From Alcanivorax sp. (lineage in GTDB: Bacteria; Pseudomonadota; Gammaproteobacteria; Pseudomonadales; Alcanivoracaceae): a stretch of 64,000 nt of DNA. The first letter of the stretch is position 1. Every line of letters starts with the position of its first letter. Position numbers and translations under genes: made by a program. The stretch covers positions 1,538,692 to 1,602,691 of the forward strand of contig CP051239.1 in the NCBI GenBank assembly GCA_017794945.1, given 5' to 3'. The notes beneath the pieces were generated by a model, which searched no databases, was not told where the DNA came from, and was given only the letters and a program-made list of their open reading frames with translations. This document shows positions 54,416-64,000 of this stretch, in pieces.

Positions 54416-54670
54416 ATGAAAGCAATCCAGAGCGGAAGTTACAAGGCAGCACAACTGCTGTTAGTCGAACTCCGAAAAAGCAGTGAACTTACGCAAGCTG
54501 AACTCGCGAAAAGCATTGGCGTTGATCAATCCTTCATCAGCAAGGTGGAGCGAGGCGAGCGCCGCCTCGATATAGTTGAATTTATATTTTACTGTAATTC
54601 GCTGAAAGTTTCGCCCTCGGAAGCAATTGAGACCTTGCAACAAAAGATAGGGGGTGCAAACTGTGGCTAA
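54416..54670 (+). CDS. XRE-family HTH protein (putative RM controller)
   Basis: LTQAELAKSIGVDQSFISKVERGERRLD; overlaps the nuclease start. Confidence 0.85.
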   Translation: MKAIQSGSYKAAQLLLVELRKSSELTQAELAKSIGVDQSFISKVERGERRLDIVEFIFYCNSLKVSPSEAIETLQQKIGGANCG

Positions 54671-55817
54671 TAGTCACCCGCCAAAGTCTTCTCACTTTTA
54701 TGATGAGGCAACACCACAAGATGCCACTGTCGATGTTGCTCCCGAAACAGGCTACGGGCTCCAAGACAGTGCATGGTCAGAAGATCAATGGAAGGAATTG
54801 ATTGCCTCATTCGTTGAAAACGGTCTGGCAAGCTGGCGCGAGCTCGCAGCATTAATTCTCGGGCACCTAAATCCTTCCCAGACAGGAACAAGTCTAGCCT
54901 CTTCCGACGGTTTTAAACGGCGCTATGGCAAGGGTAATACGATGCGTATTGTCATGCAGTGGGCGTACGCCCAAAAAGGGCGATGCGAAGATTGTGGCAG
55001 TCGTCTTGAGCTGCAGGCAGACCACGTAGAAGGCCGCGAACTTTTCGAAGATCCTCTGGATGCGGACTACATAGAAAATATGACTCTACGTTGTAGGCGT
55101 TGCAATGTCGTACGCAGGCCTTCGCACGAGCTTGGCGGCCGGACCTTTTTAACGGCTGAGTCGGCACTCATGTGGATTTTGCTGGTGATTAGGCCCCGCA
55201 CTTATTTAGATTTTGTTCGCCTGTGTCGTATTTACGGTATGACTATGTCAGATATCCGAATGCAGGAATCTTGGGCGATGGCGCACTGGCTTTCACGAGA
55301 TGAACCACCATTATTCGGTATCGAAGATGATGCTAAAAATTTCTATGATTTGCTCCAGTGGCCAACAGGAGTAATTACTCGACAAGATGCTCTGGCGGAT
55401 ATTCCGTATGGCGCCGAATTGCTACATGAGAACGTGCGTGGCTGCCATGGTTTTGTATTTGTTGCCATAGGGCAAGACGGTCGTAAAAGGATATTTAACT
55501 ATCCGTTGTCCTGGATTCCTTTTTCTACCTACGACCTAGGAGAATTGCCGCCTTATGCGCTGGCAATAAGCTACAGACCGCCTAATAGGCGCGAAAGGCG
55601 TTCCCAGCGGATTACGCCGCTTCCGCCTGCGGATGGTGAAATGGTTTCGCATGTGATTGCGGCGCCCGCCGATAGAGTTTTTCTGGAAGGTATGAGTGGT
55701 TCAATAAATGGTAAAAGGATCGAAGTAATTTATGCTAACCATATTGGGAAATTGCTCCCCAGAAATACCCTGGAAAATGACGTACGGCTTGTGGTAAGAC
55801 GGCGTGGCGAAGAGTAA
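54654..55817 (+). CDS. Putative Zn-binding HNH endonuclease (restriction subunit candidate)
   Basis: CEDCG..LQADH..ENMTLRCRRCN is a His-Me finger flanked by two CxxC; start may be GTG 54654 or 54663. Confidence 0.72.
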   Translation: MQTVANSHPPKSSHFYDEATPQDATVDVAPETGYGLQDSAWSEDQWKELIASFVENGLASWRELAALILGHLNPSQTGTSLASSDGFKRRYGKGNTMRIVMQWAYAQKGRCEDCGSRLELQADHVEGRELFEDPLDADYIENMTLRCRRCNVVRRPSHELGGRTFLTAESALMWILLVIRPRTYLDFVRLCRIYGMTMSDIRMQESWAMAHWLSRDEPPLFGIEDDAKNFYDLLQWPTGVITRQDALADIPYGAELLHENVRGCHGFVFVAIGQDGRKRIFNYPLSWIPFSTYDLGELPPYALAISYRPPNRRERRSQRITPLPPADGEMVSHVIAAPADRVFLEGMSGSINGKRIEVIYANHIGKLLPRNTLENDVRLVVRRRGEE

Positions 55818-55980
55818 AGACAGGTTTCTTCATCTGTATAATTATTTTTTTGTTGGCACTTTCTTTGCATGCGCGCCCTATTGTTTGTGTTGCCAGTAGC
55901 GGATTTATGCGCAGAGAGCAGGTATAGGAACTATGTACGGAATGCGGTGAATTAGAGATATGCTCGCACGCCTTCGCGCA

Positions 55981-56844
55981 TTATTCGATGTTCTGAATCT
56001 GCTCCCTCATCTGCTCGATTAAAACTTTCAGTTCCACGGCGGCGGCGGTGGTTTCGGCGTCCACGGATTTTGACGCCAGGGTATTCGCTTCGCGGTTGAG
56101 TTCTTGCATCAGGAAGTCCAGACGGCGGCCTACCTGGCCGCCTTTTTCCACCACCCGGCGCACTTCGGCCACGTGGGTTTCCAGGCGGTCCAGTTCTTCG
56201 TCCACGTCCATTTTCTGGGCGGCCAGCACCAGTTCCTGTTCCAGGCGCTCCGGGTCGGGGTTTTCCACCGCCTCCTGCACGCGCTGGCGCAGGCGGTCGC
56301 GCAGGGCCTCGCGGATCGCGGGCAGCGCCTGGCGGATGCGGGCTACCTGCTCGCCGACGCCGTCCAGGCGTTCGCGCACCATGCGCGCCAGCTGCTCGCC
56401 TTCGCGGTCGCGGGTGGCGATCAGGGCGTCCAGGGCTTCGTCCAGGGCGGCCAGGGCTTCCGCGTGCAGGGTGTCGGCGTCCACTTCGCGGGTGGAGAGC
56501 ACGCCGGGGAAGCGCAGGATTTCCAGCGGGTTCACCTGGCCGGCGTGGCGCACCAGGTCGTCGACGCGGCGGGCCGCCTCGGCGAGGTGCTTGACCAGGG
56601 TTTCGTTGAGTTCCAGTTCCGCTTCGCCTTCTTCGGTCTGGTAGCGCAGGGTGACATCCACCTTGCCGCGGCCCAGCCGCTGGCGACAGCGTTCGCGCAC
56701 GTCGTTCTCCAGGGCGCGCAGGCCCTCGGGCAGGCGCGGGCCCACTTCCAGGTAGCGGTGGTTCACCGAGCGGATTTCCCAGGCCAGGCTGGCGCCGGTG
56801 AGGTGGCGGTCGGCTCGGGCGAAGGCGGTCATGCTACGAATCAT
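55981..56844 (-). CDS. yicC: YicC/YloC endoribonuclease
   Basis: MIRSMTAFAR, EIRSVNHRYLE, GRRLDFLMQELNREANT, EQMREQIQNIE. Confidence 0.95.
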   Translation of the reverse strand: MIRSMTAFARADRHLTGASLAWEIRSVNHRYLEVGPRLPEGLRALENDVRERCRQRLGRGKVDVTLRYQTEEGEAELELNETLVKHLAEAARRVDDLVRHAGQVNPLEILRFPGVLSTREVDADTLHAEALAALDEALDALIATRDREGEQLARMVRERLDGVGEQVARIRQALPAIREALRDRLRQRVQEAVENPDPERLEQELVLAAQKMDVDEELDRLETHVAEVRRVVEKGGQVGRRLDFLMQELNREANTLASKSVDAETTAAAVELKVLIEQMREQIQNIE

Positions 56845-56996
56845 GGGCGTCCCTGGGGTGGTGGGTGAGTGCGGCGAAGTGGGGCTTAGTGTAGCGGGTC
56901 AAGCGACTGGAAGCATTCACCGGCGCCCCGCCTCGCGTTGATGGGCGGGGGTTCGCTACAATGGCGGGCCATTCGATCCCGAATCAAGGAGTTTTC

Positions 56997-57716
56997 ATGC
57001 GCCCTTCCGGCCGCCAGCTCGACCAGATGCGCGACGTATCCTTCGTACGCGATTTCACCATGCACGCTGAAGGCAGCGTGCTGGTGTCCTTCGGCAATAC
57101 CAAGGTGTTGTGCACCGCGTCCGTGGAGGACGGCGTGCCGCGTTTCCTCAAGGGCAAGGGCCAGGGCTGGATCACCGCCGAGTACGGCATGCTGCCCCGC
57201 TCCACCCATACCCGCTCCGGCCGCGAGGCGGCGCGCGGCAAGCAGGGCGGCCGCACCCTGGAAATCCAGCGGCTGATCGGGCGCTCCCTGCGCGCCGCCG
57301 TGGACCTGAAGAAGCTGGGTGAGCACACCATCTATCTGGATTGCGACGTGATCCAGGCGGACGGCGGCACCCGCACCGCGTCGATCTCCGGGGCCTGCGT
57401 GGCGTTGGTGGACGCCTTCACCACGCTGCTGGAGCGCAAGCGCATCAAGGAAGACCCCCTCAACGGTCTGATTGCCTCGGTGTCGGTGGGGATTTATAAG
57501 GGAGAACCGGTGCTGGATCTGGATTATCCCGAAGATTCCAACGCCGACACGGACATGAACGTGGTAATGACCCAGCATGGTGGCTTCGTGGAGATTCAGG
57601 GCACCGCCGAGGGCGACGAGCCGTTCACCCGTCAGCAGTCCGATCAGTTGCTGGGCCTGGCCGAGAAAGGCATTGGTGAAATCGTCCGCAAGCAGCAGGA
57701 GGTGCTGGGCTGGTAA
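56997..57716 (+). CDS. rph: Ribonuclease PH
   Basis: [36 protein letters not shown]. Confidence 0.97.
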   Translation: MRPSGRQLDQMRDVSFVRDFTMHAEGSVLVSFGNTKVLCTASVEDGVPRFLKGKGQGWITAEYGMLPRSTHTRSGREAARGKQGGRTLEIQRLIGRSLRAAVDLKKLGEHTIYLDCDVIQADGGTRTASISGACVALVDAFTTLLERKRIKEDPLNGLIASVSVGIYKGEPVLDLDYPEDSNADTDMNVVMTQHGGFVEIQGTAEGDEPFTRQQSDQLLGLAEKGIGEIVRKQQEVLGW

Positions 57717-57733
57717 GCCCGGTGGGGAACAGA

Positions 57734-58381
57734 ATGAAAAACTACAAGAAGCACTTTTTGCGCTTCGCCGAGGAGCGCCAGGCGCTGAAGTTCGGGGAGT
57801 TCACCCTGAAATCCGGGCGCATCAGCCCGTACTTTTTTAACGCCGGCACCTTTTACACCGGCGAGGCGCTGGCCCGGCTGGGCCGCTACTACGCCGACGC
57901 CATCGTCGAGTCGGGCATTGAGTTCGACATGCTGTTCGGCCCGGCCTACAAGGGCATTCCGCTGGTGGCGGCGGTGTCCGTGGCGCTCGCCGAGCACCAC
58001 GGCCGGGACCTGCCCTGGGCGTTCAACCGCAAGGAAGCCAAGGACCACGGCGAAGGCGGCTGGCTGGTGGGCGCGCCGCTGGAGGGCCGCGCCTTGGTGA
58101 TCGACGATGTGATCACCGCCGGCACCGCGATCCGCGAGGTGGCGGAGCTGTTCGAGCGGACCGAGGCGAGCATCGCCGGGGTGTTCGTGGCGGTGGACCG
58201 GCAGGAGCGCGGTCGTGGCGAGCTGTCGGCGATCCAGGAAGTGCAGGAGAGCCTGGGCGTGCCGGTGCGCAGCATTGTCTCCATGTCGGACATCATCGTC
58301 TGGCTGGAAGAGCAGGAAGGGCGCGATGCGGATCGCGTGGCGCTCAAGCAGTATCGCAAGCGCTACGGCGTGGAGGGATAA
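57734..58381 (+). CDS. pyrE: Orotate phosphoribosyltransferase
   Basis: [37 protein letters not shown]. Confidence 0.97.
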   Translation: MKNYKKHFLRFAEERQALKFGEFTLKSGRISPYFFNAGTFYTGEALARLGRYYADAIVESGIEFDMLFGPAYKGIPLVAAVSVALAEHHGRDLPWAFNRKEAKDHGEGGWLVGAPLEGRALVIDDVITAGTAIREVAELFERTEASIAGVFVAVDRQERGRGELSAIQEVQESLGVPVRSIVSMSDIIVWLEEQEGRDADRVALKQYRKRYGVEG

Positions 58382-58383
58382 CC

Positions 58384-59007
58384 GTGAGGTGGCTGCCGTG
58401 GGGGCTGGTGTTGGCGTCGTTGGCGCTGCCGGTGCTGACGCCGGCGGCGCCCAAGCAGAATGAACCCGCCGGTGAGGTGATGTACCGCTATACCAAACCG
58501 GACGGCACCCTGGCGGTGAGCGCCACGCTTAACGAGCAGGCCATCCACGCCGGCTATCAGGTGCTCGACCATAACGGCCGCGTGCTGCGCCGCGAGCCGC
58601 CGGCGCCCCCCGAAGAACAGGCGCGCCGCCGCCAGGCGATGGAGGCCGAGCAGCAGGCGCAACGGCAGGCCGAGCGGGACAAGGAGTTGGAGCGGCTCTA
58701 CGCCGGGCCCGAGGACGCGGTGCGTGCCCGCGAGCGCCAGATCGAAGCGCTTGAGTTGCGCATCAGCTACGCCACCAACACCCTGGCGCAGTTGGAAGAG
58801 AAGCGCGACGAGGAGGTCAGCCTGGCCGCCCGCGCCGAGCGCGCCGGCCGGCCGGTGCCGGAGGGCACCCGCCAGGCCATCGACGAGTACCAGCGCCGCA
58901 TGGCCCATGTGCGCCAGGAAATCGCCGGCTATGAGAAGGACAAGCAGGCGGTGCGCGAGCAGTACGCGCCGATTATTGAGCGGTTGGAGGAGCTGGCGGG
59001 CTCTTAA
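58384..59007 (+). CDS. Secreted DUF4124-like coiled-coil protein
   Basis: Signal peptide; MYRYTKPDG..GYQVLDHNGRV; long coiled coil. Confidence 0.7.
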   Translation: MRWLPWGLVLASLALPVLTPAAPKQNEPAGEVMYRYTKPDGTLAVSATLNEQAIHAGYQVLDHNGRVLRREPPAPPEEQARRRQAMEAEQQAQRQAERDKELERLYAGPEDAVRARERQIEALELRISYATNTLAQLEEKRDEEVSLAARAERAGRPVPEGTRQAIDEYQRRMAHVRQEIAGYEKDKQAVREQYAPIIERLEELAGS

Positions 59008-59591
59008 TCGCGGAACACCGTGGGGGCGAGCAGCGCCCATTGCTCGGGCCAGTCCTGGCCGGGGCGGATCCTGAAACCGGAACGGACGAACTGGGCGATG
59101 CGCCCTTCCACCACCGCCAGCAGCAGGTTGGCGGTGATGGTGGGCGTGGCCGCGGTGCGCTTGCCTTCCTTGAACTCGGCGTCACGGACCACTTGCTTGA
59201 GCTGGCTTTCCACCCGGTCGTAGAACTGCTGGATGCGTCGGTGCAGGCGTTCGTTCTCGCCGGTGAGGGCGTCGCCGGTGAGCAACCGGGTGATGCCCGG
59301 GTTGCGCTCGGTGAACGCCAGGATCAGCGTGAGAATCTGCTCCACCTGGGTGAGCGCGTCCCCTTCGCCGGTGATGCGGTTAATGCGTGAGAAGATCGCC
59401 TCTTCGATGAAGTCGATGAGCCCCTCGAACATCTTCGCCTTGCTCGGAAAATGCCGATACAGCGCGGCTTCGGACACCCCCACTTCCCGGGCCAGGCCGG
59501 CGGTGGTGATCCGCCCGCCGGGTTCCGCTTCCAGCATGTGCGCCAGGGCCTGCAGGATTTGCTCCTTTCTGGACGGAGTCTGTTCTGTCAT
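59004..59591 (-). CDS. slmA: Nucleoid occlusion factor SlmA (TetR family)
   Basis: RKEQILQALAHMLE..ITTAGLAREVGVSEAALYRHFPSKAKMFEGLI. Confidence 0.93.
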   Translation of the reverse strand: MTEQTPSRKEQILQALAHMLEAEPGGRITTAGLAREVGVSEAALYRHFPSKAKMFEGLIDFIEEAIFSRINRITGEGDALTQVEQILTLILAFTERNPGITRLLTGDALTGENERLHRRIQQFYDRVESQLKQVVRDAEFKEGKRTAATPTITANLLLAVVEGRIAQFVRSGFRIRPGQDWPEQWALLAPTVFRD

Positions 59592-59629
59592 GCGTTGTTC
59601 CCGTTTTAGGCGTTTTTAGTTTTTGCTGA

Positions 59630-62444
<2,815 letters not shown>

Positions 62445-62508
62445 TCGTTCCCCCTAGCCGTCCCGTCGCCGTTCTGTGGTCGCGGCGTTTCGGTGAGGCC
62501 CGTGGTGC

Positions 62509-62961
62509 TTACTGGCGGCCGCTGTGGCCGAAGCCGCCCTCGCCGCGGGCACTGTCGTCGAACTCATCCACCTGCGTCAGCGACACCTGCATCACCGGCA
62601 CGATCACCAGCTGCGCGATGCGCTCCCCCGGCTCGATGGTGAAAGCGCTGTTGCCCCGGTTCCAGCAGGACACCATCAACTGGCCCTGGTAGTCCGAGTC
62701 GATCAGCCCCACCAGATTGCCCAACACGATACCGTGCTTATGGCCCAGCCCGGAGCGCGGCAGGATCATCCCCGCATAGCCGGCGTCGCCGATGTGGATG
62801 GCCAGCCCGGTGGGCAGCAGCTCGGTGTCGCCGGGGTTCAGGGTCAGGGGGGCCTCCACCATGGCGCGCAGGTCGAGGCCGGCGGAGCCGTCGGTGGCGT
62901 AGGCGGGCAGTGGAAACTGGTCGCCCAGGCGGGCATCAAGAAGCCGGTATTGCAGTTGCAT
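62509..62961 (-). CDS. dut: dUTP diphosphatase
   Basis: [34 protein letters not shown]. Confidence 0.97.
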   Translation of the reverse strand: MQLQYRLLDARLGDQFPLPAYATDGSAGLDLRAMVEAPLTLNPGDTELLPTGLAIHIGDAGYAGMILPRSGLGHKHGIVLGNLVGLIDSDYQGQLMVSCWNRGNSAFTIEPGERIAQLVIVPVMQVSLTQVDEFDDSARGEGGFGHSGRQ

Positions 62962-62986
62962 CGATGGTCTCAGCGGTCAGTGGTTT

Positions 62987-64000
62987 TCAGCTCTGGCGGA
63001 TCGCGATCAGCTCGATCAGTTGTTTGGCGATCTGCGCCTTGGAGGCGAGCGGCAGCACCTTGTGCCCGCCCGGCCAGATCACCGTGAGGGCGTTATTGTC
63101 GCTGTTGAAGCCCACATTGGTGCCGGACACGTCGTTGGTGGCGATCATATCCAGTTTTTTGCTCTTCAGCTTGCCCTGGGCGTATTCAATCACGTCCTGG
63201 GTTTCCGCCGCGAAGCCCACGGTGAAGGGCCGTTTGGCGTGGCAGGCCACGGCGGCGATGATGTCCGGGTTCTTCACCAGGGTGAGGTGGATCTCCTCGG
63301 TGGATTTCTTGATCTTGTGGTCGGCGGTGACGGTGGGCCGGTAATCCGCCACGGCGGCGGTGGCGATAAAGATGTCGCAACCCTCCTCCACCGCCTTGAG
63401 GCTGGCTTCGTGCATGTCTTCGGCCCGGACCACGTCGATGCGTTTGACCCGGTTGGGGGTGTCCAGAGCCACCGGGCCGGCGATCAGGGTGACCCGTGCC
63501 CCCGCTTCGGCGGCGGCCTGGGCCAGCGCGAAGCCCATTTTCCCGGAGCTCTTGTTGGTCAGGTAGCGCACCGGGTCGATCGGCTCGCGGGTGGGGCCGG
63601 CGGTGATCACCAGATGTTTGCCGGTGAGGAGATCGTGATCGAACACTTCCGCGGCCTGCTGAATGATCTCCGCCGGGTCCTGCATGCGCCCCGGGCCCAC
63701 TTCGCCGCAGGCCTGGCTGCCGGCGCCGGGGCCGAAGATATGGATGCCCTTCTCCTGCAGGATCAGCTGGTTCTTCTGGGTCGCCTGATCCGCCCACATT
63801 TGCTGGTTCATGGCCGGGGCGACCGCCACCGGGGCGCCGGTGGCCAGGCACAGGGTGGCGAGCAGGTCGTTGCCGTGGCCGTAGGCCAGGCGGGCGAGGA
63901 AATCCGCCGAGGCCGGAGCGATCAGCACCAGGTCCGCCCAGCGGGCCAGCTCGATGTGGCCCATGGCGGCCTCGGCGCGCGGGTCCAGCAGATCGGTGTG
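62987..64000 (-). CDS. coaBC: Bifunctional CoaBC, 5' end outside window
   Basis: [41 protein letters not shown]. Confidence 0.95.
   Translation of the reverse strand, partial: HTDLLDPRAEAAMGHIELARWADLVLIAPASADFLARLAYGHGNDLLATLCLATGAPVAVAPAMNQQMWADQATQKNQLILQEKGIHIFGPGAGSQACGEVGPGRMQDPAEIIQQAAEVFDHDLLTGKHLVITAGPTREPIDPVRYLTNKSSGKMGFALAQAAAEAGARVTLIAGPVALDTPNRVKRIDVVRAEDMHEASLKAVEEGCDIFIATAAVADYRPTVTADHKIKKSTEEIHLTLVKNPDIIAAVACHAKRPFTVGFAAETQDVIEYAQGKLKSKKLDMIATNDVSGTNVGFNSDNNALTVIWPGGHKVLPLASKAQIAKQLIELIAIRQS

Overview
GC-rich gammaproteobacterial chromosome segment. Gene content and synteny (gntR-alkB2, trkHA-rsmB-fmt-def, prlC, fpr-finR, recG-oxyR, purEK, spoT-rpoZ-gmk, yicC-rph-pyrE, slmA-argB-algC-dut-coaBC) suggest Alcanivoracaceae; this is an inference. 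Most of the window is housekeeping backbone, with three accessory zones. (1) A toxin-antitoxin cluster at the left edge. (2) A complete 1252-bp IS110-family element (34114-35367, minus strand) inserted at a CT core inside a lipoprotein alpha/beta-hydrolase gene. Its non-coding end holds a readable bridge RNA: the target-loop guides match the flanking chromosomal site, the donor-loop guides match the element's own circle junction, and circularisation would assemble a sigma70 promoter. (3) A layered ~13.5-kb integrase-less island between yicC and gmk carrying orphan doeB, nsrR-hmp, an SDR/AraC/CMD/GlyGly-CTERM esterase block, a BigR-type persulfide-detox operon, and a low-GC putative restriction-modification module (unusually long beta-class N4C methyltransferase divergent from a C-like HTH and a Zn/HNH nuclease). 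Other oddities: an AlgC-like protein that has lost its catalytic motifs, a DUF3298 lipoprotein gene with one nonsense codon, and two GTAG-family REP elements that supply host stop codons. Product calls rest on motif recognition and synteny, not database searches.
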